A model generated the notes under the pieces. It saw only the letters and a program-made list of their open reading frames with translations. It was not told where the DNA came from and did no database searches. Both the position numbers and the translations under genes were made by a program. DNA of 64,000 bases from Candidatus Spongiisociaceae bacterium (GTDB lineage Bacteria; Actinomycetota; Acidimicrobiia; Spongiisociales; Spongiisociaceae): contig OZ253564.1 in NCBI GenBank assembly GCA_965262915.1, forward strand, positions 736,001-800,000, in the 5' to 3' direction. Every line of letters begins with the position of its first letter. Position 1 is the stretch's first letter. This document shows positions 43,716 to 54,872 of this stretch, piece by piece.

Positions 43716-45269
43716 ATGCTCGATTGGTTGCTGACCGGGGGCACGGTGATCGACGGGACCGGGAGTCCCGGTTTCCGGGCCGATGTAGGTCTGGTGGGGG
43801 ATCGGATCGCCGCGGTCGGGTCGCTGGACCGCTGCGAAGCACAACGAACCGTGGACGTGAGCGGTTCCGTCGTCAGTCCGGGATTCATCGACGTCCATTC
43901 CCACTCCGAGTTCTCCCTGCTGAGAGGGGTCGATGTCGACGCTCGCCTCACTCAAGGGATCACCACCGACCTGCTCTCGCCGGACGGCTTCGCCTACGCA
44001 CCCCTCTCGCCGGACCGGCTCACCGAGATGAAGGCCTATCTCGAGGTGTTCAACGGGGCGCCCGAGGACGGATGGGAATGGTCGGGCAACGAGGAGTACC
44101 TGGCGATGTTCGACGGCCGGGTCGGCATCAACGTCGTACCCCAGGTGGGTTTCAACGCGGTGCGGGCTGAAGCGGTCGGCTGGGATCCTCGCCCGGCCGA
44201 ACCCGCCGAGGTCGAGCACATGAGGGGACTCACCCGCCGAGGTATGGAGCAAGGTGCCTCCGGTATACAGGTGGGCCTCGACTACTTCCCGTCCGGGCAC
44301 GCCACCACCGAGGAGCTGGTGGCCGTGGCCCGGGTGGTTGCCGAGTACGGGGGGGTCTACACATCCCACGTCCGCGGGATCCGGGGCGACACCGAAGGCG
44401 GCGTGAAGGAGGCGCTGCGGGTCGGGCGGGAGGCGGGGGTGGCGGTCCATATCTCGCACCTGTTCGGCTCCGACGAGCTCTACCAGCTGCTGACCGACGC
44501 CACCGACGAGGGGCTCGACGTCACCTTCGACGCCTACCCGTACATGGCTGCCAGCAGCCACCTGGCCTTCTGCCTGCCCATGTGGGTTGACCGAGGCCCC
44601 CCTGGCACCGTGCTGGAACTGCTCGAGGATCCGTCGGTACGATCCCGGTTGGCCCCCCACATCGACGAGTTCTTCGCGGCCTACGTGGCCCGGCCCGAGA
44701 ACGCTTTCTTCTCGTCCCTCCCGCCCGGTCCGTACCAGTACCTGGAAGGCCGCCCGCTGACCGATGCCGTAGGCCGGGTCGGGGACACGCTCGCCGAGAC
44801 CGTCTGCACCCTGCTGGCCGAGTGCCGGATGCGCGTCCTGATGGTGTACCGCTGGTACGACGAACCCAAGCTCCGCCGTGCCATGACCCACCCGCTCGGC
44901 ATGGTCGGGTCAGACGGCCTGTTCCGGGGCACCCGGCCCCACCCGCGAGGCTTCGGCGCCCACGCCCGGGTGCTGGCGCATCTGGTACGCGACAAGGGCT
45001 GGCTGGAGTTGCCCGACGCGATCCGCCGGATGACCTCCATGCCCGCTGCCCGCTACGGCCTGGCCGACCGGGGAGTGATACGCACCGGAGCAGCCGCCGA
45101 TGTGGCCGTGTTCGACCCGGACCGCATCCAGGACCGGGCCACCTTCGGCAACCCCCGAGCCACGGCGCTCGGGATGGACTACGTCTTCGTAAACGGCCAC
45201 GGTGCCATCAAAGCGGGCCAACTGGCAGGCACCACGGCCGGCCGGGTTCTGCGCGGTCCGGGTTCCTGA
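43716..45269 (+). CDS. N-acyl-D-amino-acid deacylase family amidohydrolase
   Basis: VIDGTG, PGFIDVHSHS, SHVR, GSDG, HPRGFG, RRMTSMPA, ADVAVFD. Confidence 0.93.
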   Translation: MLDWLLTGGTVIDGTGSPGFRADVGLVGDRIAAVGSLDRCEAQRTVDVSGSVVSPGFIDVHSHSEFSLLRGVDVDARLTQGITTDLLSPDGFAYAPLSPDRLTEMKAYLEVFNGAPEDGWEWSGNEEYLAMFDGRVGINVVPQVGFNAVRAEAVGWDPRPAEPAEVEHMRGLTRRGMEQGASGIQVGLDYFPSGHATTEELVAVARVVAEYGGVYTSHVRGIRGDTEGGVKEALRVGREAGVAVHISHLFGSDELYQLLTDATDEGLDVTFDAYPYMAASSHLAFCLPMWVDRGPPGTVLELLEDPSVRSRLAPHIDEFFAAYVARPENAFFSSLPPGPYQYLEGRPLTDAVGRVGDTLAETVCTLLAECRMRVLMVYRWYDEPKLRRAMTHPLGMVGSDGLFRGTRPHPRGFGAHARVLAHLVRDKGWLELPDAIRRMTSMPAARYGLADRGVIRTGAAADVAVFDPDRIQDRATFGNPRATALGMDYVFVNGHGAIKAGQLAGTTAGRVLRGPGS

Positions 45270-45558
45270 ACGAGACACTTCTAGTCCCTACCCACGGGTG
45301 GACCTGGCTATAGGTTGGCCGAGGATCATCTCAGCCTGAACGGGGGCCCCATGTTTATTGAGCGGACTGGCTCCGCCCGTCGGCTGTTGGGTTTTCGGGT
45401 GATGGCCCCCTCCACCGTTCGTTCGGTCGAGAGCATGGGGGTAGCCGGAGGAGCAAATCAATGGATTCAGCCATCAGGAGGCTGGTCCCTTCGCTCTACG
45501 ACTCGGCACGCATCACTTCTCATGGGAGGAGCTTTTCGATTTGGAACTGTTAGGTCGT

Positions 45559-46323
45559 TTAGTAGCTCCAGGCCCGGGGCCCTTCGGCAACTTCGACACC
45601 GAGATTGTCTTGTTTGTCGTGTAGCCGTCGCGCACTTGTCTTACCGTTCGCGCCCTGCGCCGTCTGCCTTTCATTAGCTTTTACCTCCGATGCTGCCTCC
45701 GTGAACTCTAGATACTCGATCTCTTCCCATCTTAGAAGAATGCCGGAAGCCTGTATTTCTGGATTGCCTTCATCATCAGTGAGTATCTCTCCGGTGTAAG
45801 GGTCGAGGCTAAGGGTCGCGGCTAGATAGAGATCCTGCGGCTCAGGGTATCCCGAAGCATACGGTCGGCGCCCGTTGACCTCGCCGAAAACGCCGCCTAT
45901 CCAAATGCCAGACTGCAGCTTGCAGCGAACCCCGCCAGCGGGTCGATCCTGGAACAGATGATCCCAAGCCCGAGGCGTCCTATCTCTCCCGCCTAGTTGC
46001 CGAGCCCACGACCAGTTTTTCTTCCACCCGAACCCCAGCACGCCACCCCCGACCAAGGGCACGATCGTGTACAAGATTGGGACAATCCAGAACCACTGGG
46101 GCAAGGATTGCCGGTTGGCGAGGCTGTCCCAGTAGTTCGCATAGAGCCAGTAAAGGGGCCAAGCAGCGATCGACAACACGACAGCCGATCCTCCAACGAA
46201 CCTCAAAGCCCGGTCCTGCAATCCGATCCCGAACCGACCTGCCCATCGCTCAAAACTCCAAACAAACAGAGCACCTGGAAGAAGGGCGATGAGGACGAGA
46301 GTGGCTGTGCCCAAACCTGTCAT
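45559..46323 (-). CDS. DUF6338-like membrane protein
   Basis: LLPG, three TM helices, PRAWDHLF, ASGYPEPQDLYL, EIEYLEF. Confidence 0.7.
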   Translation of the reverse strand: MTGLGTATLVLIALLPGALFVWSFERWAGRFGIGLQDRALRFVGGSAVVLSIAAWPLYWLYANYWDSLANRQSLPQWFWIVPILYTIVPLVGGGVLGFGWKKNWSWARQLGGRDRTPRAWDHLFQDRPAGGVRCKLQSGIWIGGVFGEVNGRRPYASGYPEPQDLYLAATLSLDPYTGEILTDDEGNPEIQASGILLRWEEIEYLEFTEAASEVKANERQTAQGANGKTSARRLHDKQDNLGVEVAEGPRAWSY

Positions 46324-46626
46324 GCGATGTCACCCACCATTGTCTACTCGAACATACGTTGTACATCGTAGGTGATCAGTGTGACACAAGTTCGAGAGAA
46401 GCTGCCATGGGTCTCTGAGCCAACCTGCCATTGCTCGCCCGGGTCGCCCCCCAACGTACTGAGCGCCCAAGTACCGAGTATCGACCGCGTTGGCTCCGAT
46501 GACAGAATGGTTGTCCTTATGACTTTGCAGATGCCAGCCGGTCCGAATGACGGGTAGGACTCGGCGAATCCCTCCCCTGCCGGGCTGGTCTAAGGCTGGT
46601 ACTCCCCGGGTCGGTCCGGTATTGGC

Positions 46627-48059
46627 GGCTCTTCGGAAATGAGTGGGGAGTAGGGGATCTGCCAGGGGGAGTTGGAATCCACCAGAAGTGAGGAGGGGTC
46701 CTCCATAATCGGGTGTTGGTAATGACATCCGAGGCAGGAGGACCCCTGTGGAAGCTGATCCTACGCGCATGTGCGAGAAGTTGGTAGGCCTAGGTGAGGT
46801 TGATCTGGTAGGGATCAACGACCCGGGCGAGGAGGCACCGTTGGAGGTGGTGATCCGGTCCCGCAAGCCCCGGCCGTTGTGTGAGTCCTGTGGCGGGTCG
46901 GTGTGGTCGAAGGGCTATCGGACGGTTGTGTTGGTGGATTTACCGGCGTTCGGCCGGCCTGTGCGGCTGCGGTGGCGGAAACGGCGCTGGACATGTCCGA
47001 ACCCCGACTGTGCGCTCAGATCGTTCATCGAACAAGACCCCAAGATTGGTCCCCAACGGGCGTTGTTGACATCCCGAGCGGCCCGGTGGGTGACCATCCA
47101 GGTGGGTGGGCGGGGCCGTTCGGTCGACGAGGTCGCCGCAGAACTTGGTTGTGATTGGCATACGGTGAACAAAGAGGTTGGCCGCTGGGGCGAAGCGCTG
47201 CTGGAAGCAGACACCGATCGGGTCGGGACCGTCGAAGCTGTGGGAGTGGACGAGACGTTGTTCTGGCGTCGGGGCCGTTGGCGTACCAAAGTCTGGTGCA
47301 CCTCTGTCGTCGACGTTGGCGGCCACCAGCTGATCGACATAGTCCCTGGTAGAACAGCAGAAAGCGCCGCAGCCTGGTTCCGGTCACAACCCACCGAATG
47401 GTGTGAGGCTATCCGCTGGGCGGTGTTGGACATGTCCGGTTCGTATCGGAAGGCGTATGACAGGGTGCTGCCGCACGCGCTGCAGGTAGCGGACCCGTTC
47501 CACGTCATCCGCCTCGCCAACCAGCGTCTCGACGAGGTACGACGAAGAGTCCAAAACGAAACCCTCGGGCATCGAGGCCGCAAGGATGACCCGCTGTATC
47601 GGATACGGCGGCTCCTAACCGCTGCGCATGAGAGGATCAGCGACCGGGGTCAAATACGGCTGCGTGGTCTCCTCGATGCTGGTGACCCCTACGGGGAAGT
47701 GCGCACAGCCTGGCACGCGAAAGAGACGGTACGAGGCATCTACGGGATCGAGAGTCCGGTCCTTGCTCTCCGATACACCCTCCAGCTCGCAGACGACCTC
47801 CAACACGAATCCTGCCCACCCGAGATCAACAAGCTGGGTCGTACCATCGCCCGCTGGACCCCCCAGATCACCAACTGGCACATCTCGAAGGTAACCAACG
47901 GACCCACCGAAGCCCTCAACAACCTCATCAAACGGATCAAACGAGCAGCGTTCGGGTTCCGCAACTTCGCGAACTACCGAATCCGCGCCCTTCTCTACGC
48001 GGGGAAACCCAACTGGGACCTACTCCCATCGGTCACTCCCCACTGAAATCCGATGAGCC
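46627..48059 (+). mobile_element. ISL3-family insertion sequence, complete
   Basis: Terminal IRs GGCTCTTCGGAAATGAGTGGGGAGT / ACTCCCCACTGAAATCCGATGAGCC. 8-bp target duplication GTATTGGC at 46619-46626 and 48060-48067. Confidence 0.97.
46748..48046 (+). CDS. ISL3 family transposase
   Basis: Zinc finger, GVDE, LDM, DPFHV, TNGPTEALNNLIK..AFGFRNF. Confidence 0.96.
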   Translation: MEADPTRMCEKLVGLGEVDLVGINDPGEEAPLEVVIRSRKPRPLCESCGGSVWSKGYRTVVLVDLPAFGRPVRLRWRKRRWTCPNPDCALRSFIEQDPKIGPQRALLTSRAARWVTIQVGGRGRSVDEVAAELGCDWHTVNKEVGRWGEALLEADTDRVGTVEAVGVDETLFWRRGRWRTKVWCTSVVDVGGHQLIDIVPGRTAESAAAWFRSQPTEWCEAIRWAVLDMSGSYRKAYDRVLPHALQVADPFHVIRLANQRLDEVRRRVQNETLGHRGRKDDPLYRIRRLLTAAHERISDRGQIRLRGLLDAGDPYGEVRTAWHAKETVRGIYGIESPVLALRYTLQLADDLQHESCPPEINKLGRTIARWTPQITNWHISKVTNGPTEALNNLIKRIKRAAFGFRNFANYRIRALLYAGKPNWDLLPSVTPH

Positions 48060-48237
48060 GTATTGGCAGCGTCTGAGTCGGTTGAGGCTCGGTCTCCGAT
48101 ACCTCCCATCCATCTCGTGGGGTTACCGTGGATTCAGCTTGCGTTCCCAACTTTTTCCGTATCTGGCGGCGACCTGGCGACGGTCCCGGAAGTAGTCTTG
48201 TCGGCATGTGCAGTCAGTGTGGAGAGGGATGTCACTC

Positions 48238-49569
48238 ATGAGCAACGTACGTCTATTGGCCGGCCGTCCGATGAGCCGCCGGGCCTTCGTGCAAAGGGCC
48301 GCGGCAGCCGGGGTAGGACTCAGCGCCTTGGGTGCCCTCATGGCCTCCTGCGCCGACGACGACGGACCGGATCGTCCCCTTACCCCGGCCTTCTACGACT
48401 GGATCCTGTCCCTGTTCCCGACCCAGGCGGTAAGCGACAGCTGGGACCAGGAAGTCAACGTACAGACCGCGCCCGTCGAAGGCTTCGGCATCGAGCGTTT
48501 CGTGGCGGAAGGCGAGGAAGGGGAGAGCACCTGGGACATATACGTCGGCATGACCCCGTTCGTCGAGATGGCGGCTCTGATCGATGCGGGCGTCATCGAG
48601 CCCTGGGATGATTACCTTGCCGACGGCGTGGCCGATACATGGGTTCCCTCCGTCAGGGCGGAAGCCACCTACGACGGCAGTATCTACAGCCATCCGTTCG
48701 ACACCAGCATCGTGGCGGCCGGCTGGCACGGGGGGCTGGTGGAGGCAGCCGGCCTCGATCCGGATCACGCCCCGGCGACATGGGATGAGTGGATCACCTC
48801 TGCCCGCCAGGTGATGGACAGCGGCGCTGCGCCGTTCGGTGCCACCTTCGACGCCAACGGGTGGCGTTCGCTGGCGCCCGTCTCCCACTCCATCGACAAC
48901 AACGTGTACACCGAGGAGGGCAGGTTCGATTTCACCCACGATGCGGTCGTCGAAGCGCTCGAGATCATGAGACGGCTCATGGAGGTGTCGAACCCGGACG
49001 TGCTCGGTCAGGGCGCGACCGACGCCGGGGCGAACGTCACGCCGGACGAGGGTGCCTTCGCAGGCGAGAAGGCCGCCTACTACTTCAAGCATGCTTACGG
49101 ACCCATCAACATGTCGTCCAAGTGGGCCGATCCCAGCAACCTGCGGCTCGGGGCCATCCCGACCGTGCCGGGCGGGTCGGGCGGAACGGTGTTCTGGTCG
49201 ACCGGCGCCGGTCTGTTCACCTACGGCGGCAACAAGGAGCAGGCTGCGGAGTACATGCACTTCCTCACCACCAGCGAGGACATCCACCGGGCCGATGTCG
49301 GCAACCAGGGTGGCGTGGTAGGCCAGCTCCAGCCCTACGAAACGATCTGGGAGGAGTGGCGGGCCAGCCCGCCGTCCTGGCTGGCGAGTTGGGCGATCAC
49401 CCTGAAGGACCAGCTGAGCAGGGCGAGTGCCATCCGGACCCACACGGCGGGAGTGACCCAGTTCCAGATCGGCCGGCCCCACTGGGAGACCTACCTGACA
49501 GGCGAGGTGTCGGACCCGCGCCAAGCTCTGCAGGCCGCCAAGGACGCGGTACTGGCCGAGACTTCATAG
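48238..49569 (+). CDS. ABC transporter substrate-binding lipoprotein (Tat-exported, CUT1-type)
   Basis: SRRAFV twin-arginine motif, lipobox LMASC, PATWDE. Confidence 0.88.
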   Translation: MSNVRLLAGRPMSRRAFVQRAAAAGVGLSALGALMASCADDDGPDRPLTPAFYDWILSLFPTQAVSDSWDQEVNVQTAPVEGFGIERFVAEGEEGESTWDIYVGMTPFVEMAALIDAGVIEPWDDYLADGVADTWVPSVRAEATYDGSIYSHPFDTSIVAAGWHGGLVEAAGLDPDHAPATWDEWITSARQVMDSGAAPFGATFDANGWRSLAPVSHSIDNNVYTEEGRFDFTHDAVVEALEIMRRLMEVSNPDVLGQGATDAGANVTPDEGAFAGEKAAYYFKHAYGPINMSSKWADPSNLRLGAIPTVPGGSGGTVFWSTGAGLFTYGGNKEQAAEYMHFLTTSEDIHRADVGNQGGVVGQLQPYETIWEEWRASPPSWLASWAITLKDQLSRASAIRTHTAGVTQFQIGRPHWETYLTGEVSDPRQALQAAKDAVLAETS

Positions 49570-49750
49570 GGGTCTGTCGGCAAAGTGATTCGCCGTGTCC
49601 TGGCAGCCATCGGCGCCCCTCGCGGCGTTCCGCCTCCTCGACGTACCGCTGCGGGTACGCCTTCGTCGGCGGGCCTGGCGAGAAACGCCGCTGCCGGCGC
49701 ACGACACACCGCCACTTCGCAGACAGACCCCAGCGGACTGATCCCTGCAG

Positions 49751-50686
49751 GTGGTGGACACGCTGAAGAGGTTGTCCCGGCTTACGAATAGACAAAGCGG
49801 CAGGCGGTCCGGGGTCATCCCGTTCCTGGTCCCGGCGCTGATCCTGTTCGGCATCTGGCAGCTGTACCCGATGCTGCGCGTGGCGACGCTGGCCTTCACC
49901 GACTACGTGGTGATCGGCTCCGCCCCCACCTCGTTCGTGGGGTTCCGCAACTTCATCGACGCGTTCGGCGATCCGCTGGTACGGAGCGGGCTCATCCGCT
50001 CGCTGGTGTTCACATTGATCTTCCTTCCGGGCGCGATCGTGCTGCCCCTGCTGGCCGCGGTGGCCCTGACCCGGGTTCGCTCGACCCGCATGGCCGCCTT
50101 CTACCGGGTGACCCTCCTGATACCGGCGCTGCTGCCCGGCCCGCTCATATTCATCATGTGGCGATGGTTGTACAGCCCGGCCATCGGGCCTATCAACTAC
50201 CTGCTGGTCGACGTGCTGGAGTGGTTCACCGTCCACACGGTGCCCAACTGGGCCGGCGACCCCATCCTGATGCTCCCGTCCATCGTGGTCATGGAGTGGT
50301 GGTGGGGGATCGGATACCACACCATCTTCTTCCTGGCCGGCCTGGCTGCCATCCCCATGAGCACGCTGGAGTCGGCCCGGGTCGACGGCGCCCACGAGGG
50401 AAGGGTGTTCTGGCACATCCTGCTACCCGGGCTGAGGCCGATAATCGCCGTGCTGGTGATCCTCCGGCTCGGGTCGGCCTTCGCCGTCATCGAGGAGTTC
50501 CTCATCTACGGCGGGGTAAACCGGGCTCTGCCGACCTACACGTGGACCGTGTACATGTGGGACACCGCCTTCAAGGTCGGGAAATGGGAGCAGGGCTATG
50601 CCTCGGCGGTGGGCCTGATCGGCACACTGGCGGTGCTGGTCCTGATCGTGCTGATGCTACGGGTGGGAAGGCTGACGCGCTCATGA
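49751..50686 (+). CDS. Carbohydrate ABC transporter permease
   Basis: FVGFRNF and the EAA-like loop ESARVDGA. Confidence 0.93.
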   Translation: MVDTLKRLSRLTNRQSGRRSGVIPFLVPALILFGIWQLYPMLRVATLAFTDYVVIGSAPTSFVGFRNFIDAFGDPLVRSGLIRSLVFTLIFLPGAIVLPLLAAVALTRVRSTRMAAFYRVTLLIPALLPGPLIFIMWRWLYSPAIGPINYLLVDVLEWFTVHTVPNWAGDPILMLPSIVVMEWWWGIGYHTIFFLAGLAAIPMSTLESARVDGAHEGRVFWHILLPGLRPIIAVLVILRLGSAFAVIEEFLIYGGVNRALPTYTWTVYMWDTAFKVGKWEQGYASAVGLIGTLAVLVLIVLMLRVGRLTRS

Positions 50687-51555
50687 CGACGGTTAGCACA
50701 CGGGCACCGAACCGCCGGGCCCTGCGGGCCGTTCTCGGACGGGTGGCGACGCACGGATACCTGGTCCTGCTGGTGCTGTTCGTGGCGCTGCCGCTGCTCT
50801 GGGTGCTGATGCTGTCGGTCAAGACCCTCCCGGATGCCTACACCAACCAGATCATCCCGCGTTTCGGCCTGACGCTGGAGCACTACTGGCAGACCTGGGG
50901 AACGATCGGCTCCCTGCGACGCAACTTCCTCAACAGCGCCATCGTGGCGGTGGGAAGCATCTCTCTGACCGTCGCCGCGGCCGGCCTCCTGGCCTACGCT
51001 GTCGTGCATCTCCGCTTCCGGGCCAAAGCGGTGGTGATCGTCACTGCCTTCGCGGCGCTGCTGATCCCGGTTCGTGTCTCCGGCATCATCGGCGTGTGGG
51101 CGGTCCAGCGCCAACTGGATCTCCTGGACTCGGTTCTCGGACTGATCCCGCCCTATTCGACCTTCGGGCTGGCGGTCGGCTTCTTTATCATGAAGAGCAC
51201 CTTCGAGCTGATACCGAAGGAACTGATGGAAGCGGCGGAAGTGGACGGCGCGTCGCCTCTCTGGAGGTTCTGGCATGTGGGTGTTCCGCTGGCCCGCAAC
51301 GGGCTGATCGTCGCCGGCCTGACCCAGTTCATACTGTCGTGGGGCGACTACCTGCTGGCGGTGACCCTCACGACTTCTAGGGAGTCCCGCACCCTGCCCG
51401 TGCTTCTCGCCACCGCTACGGGAGGGATGGGCGCCTGGAACTGGCCCTCGATCTCGGCCGTGTTCGTGATGGCTTCCCTCCCGGTGCTGATCGTGTTCAT
51501 CTTCGTGTATCGACGGTTCATGCAAGGAGTACTCGAAGGTGGACTACGGGGATAG
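50683..51555 (+). CDS. Carbohydrate ABC transporter permease
   Basis: ATGA-coupled to the previous gene. IPKELMEAAEVDGAS. Confidence 0.93.
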   Translation: MTTVSTRAPNRRALRAVLGRVATHGYLVLLVLFVALPLLWVLMLSVKTLPDAYTNQIIPRFGLTLEHYWQTWGTIGSLRRNFLNSAIVAVGSISLTVAAAGLLAYAVVHLRFRAKAVVIVTAFAALLIPVRVSGIIGVWAVQRQLDLLDSVLGLIPPYSTFGLAVGFFIMKSTFELIPKELMEAAEVDGASPLWRFWHVGVPLARNGLIVAGLTQFILSWGDYLLAVTLTTSRESRTLPVLLATATGGMGAWNWPSISAVFVMASLPVLIVFIFVYRRFMQGVLEGGLRG

Positions 51556-51573
51556 GACGAGGAAGGAAGAAAC

Positions 51574-52440
51574 ATGAATGTACCGGCCGGCCCCAAACTG
51601 CTCATCGGCTACGACGTGGAGTCCTGCGCTATCGGGGAGAGCCTGAGTCGCATCGAGGATCCCGCGAACCAGCTCTACCAGGCGATGGATTCGGGATCGA
51701 TCGAAGAAGGCTGCCGCCGGATCGTGTCCCTGCATCGAGACCTGGGAGTGTCGGGCACGGTGTTCGCCTGCGGAAAGACGGTGCTCCACGCCCTTCCCAC
51801 CTTCGAGAAGCTGGTCGAAGAGGAACTGATCGATATCCAGCAGCACACTTACAGCCATGTGCTCTTCAAGGAGGACGTGCAGCTGGGGGCGACCTTTCCC
51901 GCTTCTCCCACCCCTGCCCTCCAGTTCGAGGTGCGAATGGCATCAACCGTCCTCCGCGAGTACCTAGGCATCGAATGCATCGGGCTGCGCACCCCCCACG
52001 GTTATGCCTTCGGCCTGTCGGACCGCCCCGACCTCGTGGATGTGATCCGATCCGAAGGCATACGCTTTGTCAGTTCCTGGGCGCGGGATCCCGAGGGGAA
52101 CTCTCCGGCTCCGCTAACCAACCAGCCTCATTGGTACGACGAGGGCGGCGTGTTGGAGACGCCGTTTCAGCACTGGATGGACGTGGCGTGGTTCGAGTTG
52201 AAAGGGCTGACCGCCTTCGACGAGTTCACCAAGGTACTGCGCGAGGCGGTGGACTGGATCGTTGCCAACGAGGCGGTCTACGGGACCTGCTTCCACGACT
52301 GGGGGTTGGTGCGCTACCAGTCGGAGGAGTCCGGCTGGCTGCGTAACCTGGTCGAATATGCATTGGAGAGCGGGGTAGAGGTGATGAGCTACACGGACTA
52401 CTACCGCCAGGCCATCGGCCAGACGGCTCGGGGAGGTTGA
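51574..52440 (+). CDS. Polysaccharide deacetylase family protein
   Basis: YDVE, QHTYSH, GLRTP, CFHDW (NodB-like). Confidence 0.85.
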   Translation: MNVPAGPKLLIGYDVESCAIGESLSRIEDPANQLYQAMDSGSIEEGCRRIVSLHRDLGVSGTVFACGKTVLHALPTFEKLVEEELIDIQQHTYSHVLFKEDVQLGATFPASPTPALQFEVRMASTVLREYLGIECIGLRTPHGYAFGLSDRPDLVDVIRSEGIRFVSSWARDPEGNSPAPLTNQPHWYDEGGVLETPFQHWMDVAWFELKGLTAFDEFTKVLREAVDWIVANEAVYGTCFHDWGLVRYQSEESGWLRNLVEYALESGVEVMSYTDYYRQAIGQTARGG

Positions 52441-52444
52441 CGAG

Positions 52445-53362
52445 ATGCTGATGGAAGGGATCATCACACCGGTGGTCACCCCGTTCCACGCCGACGGGAG
52501 CATCGACCGGTCCGCCTTCGGCGAGATGCTCGAACACCTCATCAGCGCCGGGGTTCACAGCGTCATCGTCGGGGGCAGCACCGGCGAGTTCTACGCCCAG
52601 ACCCTCGCCGAGCGGGTCGAGATGATGGAGTTCGGGGTCGACGTGGTCCGCCGGCGGATACCCGTGATGGCGGGGGTGTCGGCCAGCCACACCGCGGACT
52701 GCATCACGCTGGCCACCGCGGCCCGTGACCTGGGCCTGGACGGTCTCCTCCTGGGTTCCCCCCCCTATGCGGCGCCCACCGAGAAGGAGAACGCCCTCCA
52801 CGCCCTGCGGATCGACCGGGCGGCCGGTCTCCCGATCATGCTCTACAACTACCCCCACCGGACCGGCTCGGACATGGGCCCCGAATACCTGAGCCGGGTG
52901 AGCCGCTCGCCCCGGTTCCGGGCGATCAAGGAGAGTTCGGGTGACATAGACCGGCTCCACCTGCTGGCACGGGAGTATCCGCATCTCACCATCGCCTGCG
53001 GGGCCGACGACCAAGCACTCGAGTTCTTCGTATGGGGGGCCCGATCGTGGGTGTGCGCCGGGTCCAACTTCCTGGCCGCCGAACACATCGCCCTGTACGA
53101 GGCGTGCGCCGTGAAGGGTGACTTCGAGCTGGGACGGCGGATCATGAAGGCCATGCTCCCGCTGATGACCACTCTCGAGAGAGGCGGCAAGTTCGTCCAA
53201 GGAGTCAAGTTCGGTGCCCGGCTGGCAGGTTTGCCTGCGGGCGTTCCCCGGCAACCTCTCCGCTCCCTGACCAAGGAGGAGAAGCGGGAGTTGGAACGGG
53301 TCATCCGCACGATGAAGACGGCCGTGCGCAGTGCGGTCGAGGGGGGATCGGCTCATGCTTGA
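52445..53362 (+). CDS. Dihydrodipicolinate synthase family lyase
   Basis: VTPF, GSTGE, MLYNYP, IKESSGD. Confidence 0.92.
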   Translation: MLMEGIITPVVTPFHADGSIDRSAFGEMLEHLISAGVHSVIVGGSTGEFYAQTLAERVEMMEFGVDVVRRRIPVMAGVSASHTADCITLATAARDLGLDGLLLGSPPYAAPTEKENALHALRIDRAAGLPIMLYNYPHRTGSDMGPEYLSRVSRSPRFRAIKESSGDIDRLHLLAREYPHLTIACGADDQALEFFVWGARSWVCAGSNFLAAEHIALYEACAVKGDFELGRRIMKAMLPLMTTLERGGKFVQGVKFGARLAGLPAGVPRQPLRSLTKEEKRELERVIRTMKTAVRSAVEGGSAHA

Positions 53363-54872
53363 CCTGCTGACCAGAGACGAGTACGCGGCGCTGTCGTCGG
53401 CGATCATCCTGCCCGCCAACTCGTTCATCAACGGCAAGTTCCGCCCCGCCCTCTCGGGCGCGACGTTCATATCCACCAACCCGGCGACCGGAGAACCCCT
53501 TGCCGAGGTCGCCGCCTGCGGGGCCGAGGACGTGGACCTGGCGGTCCGCAAGGCGCGCCAGGCCTTCGACGACGGCCGGTGGGCCAAGTTGGCGCCGGCA
53601 GATCGCAAAGAGGTCTTGATCCGGCTGTGCAAGCTGATGACCCGCAACCGGCGGGAACTCGCCGTTATGGAGAGCATCGAGTCGGGCAAACCGATCCGGG
53701 ACTGCGACTCGATAGACGTGCCGGAGGCCATCGACACCATCAAGTGGCATGCCGAGCTCATCGACAAGGTCTACGACAAGTCGGCGCCGGTCGGCGACGA
53801 CGCCATGGCGCTCATCGTGCGGGAGCCGGTCGGAGTGGTGGGTGCGGTCCTTCCGTGGAACTTCCCGCTGCTCATCGCCGCCTGGAAGATCGGCCCGGCC
53901 CTCGCCGCCGGGAACTCCGTCGTCCTGAAACCCTCCAAGCAGACGTCGCTCACCGCCCTGCGCCTGGCCGAGCTGGCCATGGAGGCCGGACTGCCGGACG
54001 GTGTCCTCAACGTGGTCACCGGCACGGGACCGGGGGTCGGGGAGCCGCTGGGGAGACACATGGACGTGGACATGGTCACCTTCACGGGATCGACCGAGAC
54101 CGGCCGGCAGTTCCTCCGTTACTCCGCGGACTCCAACCTCAAGAAGGTCACCCTGGAGTGCGGCGGCAAGAACCCGTTCGTGGTGCTCGAAGGAGCGGAG
54201 GATCTGGACATGGTGGCCGAGCACTTCGTGACCGGCGCCTTCTGGAACATGGGCGAGAACTGCTCGGCCTCGTCCCGGCTGATCGTCCACCAGGCCGTGC
54301 GGGACGAACTGCTCGACCGGGTCCTGGCCCGGGCGGCGGACTGGAGGACCGGGGACCCGCTCGATCCGGTCAACCAGCTCGGTCCGCTGGTCGACGAGCC
54401 GCACCACACCAAGGTGTGTTCCTACCTCCGCGCAGGGGCTGACGAGGGGTCCGGAGTGCTCCTGGGAGGCAGGTCGTTGGGTGGCCTGTACGTCGAGCCG
54501 ACCATCTTCGACGTGAACGACACCGACTCAGTCCTCATCACCGAAGAGATCTTCGGTCCGGTGGCAGCGGTGACCACGGTCACCAGCAACGAGGCAGCTA
54601 TCGGGATGGCCAACAACACTCCCTACGGCTTGGCGGCCTCGGTGTTCTCGGGGAACATGCGTGAGGCTCTGCGCGGGGCACGTGCCATCCGCGCCGGCAC
54701 GGTCACCGTCAACTGTTACGGCGAGGGGGACATTTCCACTCCGTTCGGCGGCTACAAGCAGTCCGGGTTCGGGGGACGCGACAACTCCGTCTACGCCCAC
54801 GAGCAATACACCGAGCTCAAGACCATCTGGATCGATCTCAGCGACCGCTCCTTGGAGGAGTCCATCGACTGA
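53355..54872 (+). CDS. Aldehyde dehydrogenase (PuuC-like)
   Basis: PWNFP, FTGS, LECGGK, GENCS, EEIFGP, PFGGYKQSG. Confidence 0.95.
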   Translation: MLDLLTRDEYAALSSAIILPANSFINGKFRPALSGATFISTNPATGEPLAEVAACGAEDVDLAVRKARQAFDDGRWAKLAPADRKEVLIRLCKLMTRNRRELAVMESIESGKPIRDCDSIDVPEAIDTIKWHAELIDKVYDKSAPVGDDAMALIVREPVGVVGAVLPWNFPLLIAAWKIGPALAAGNSVVLKPSKQTSLTALRLAELAMEAGLPDGVLNVVTGTGPGVGEPLGRHMDVDMVTFTGSTETGRQFLRYSADSNLKKVTLECGGKNPFVVLEGAEDLDMVAEHFVTGAFWNMGENCSASSRLIVHQAVRDELLDRVLARAADWRTGDPLDPVNQLGPLVDEPHHTKVCSYLRAGADEGSGVLLGGRSLGGLYVEPTIFDVNDTDSVLITEEIFGPVAAVTTVTSNEAAIGMANNTPYGLAASVFSGNMREALRGARAIRAGTVTVNCYGEGDISTPFGGYKQSGFGGRDNSVYAHEQYTELKTIWIDLSDRSLEESID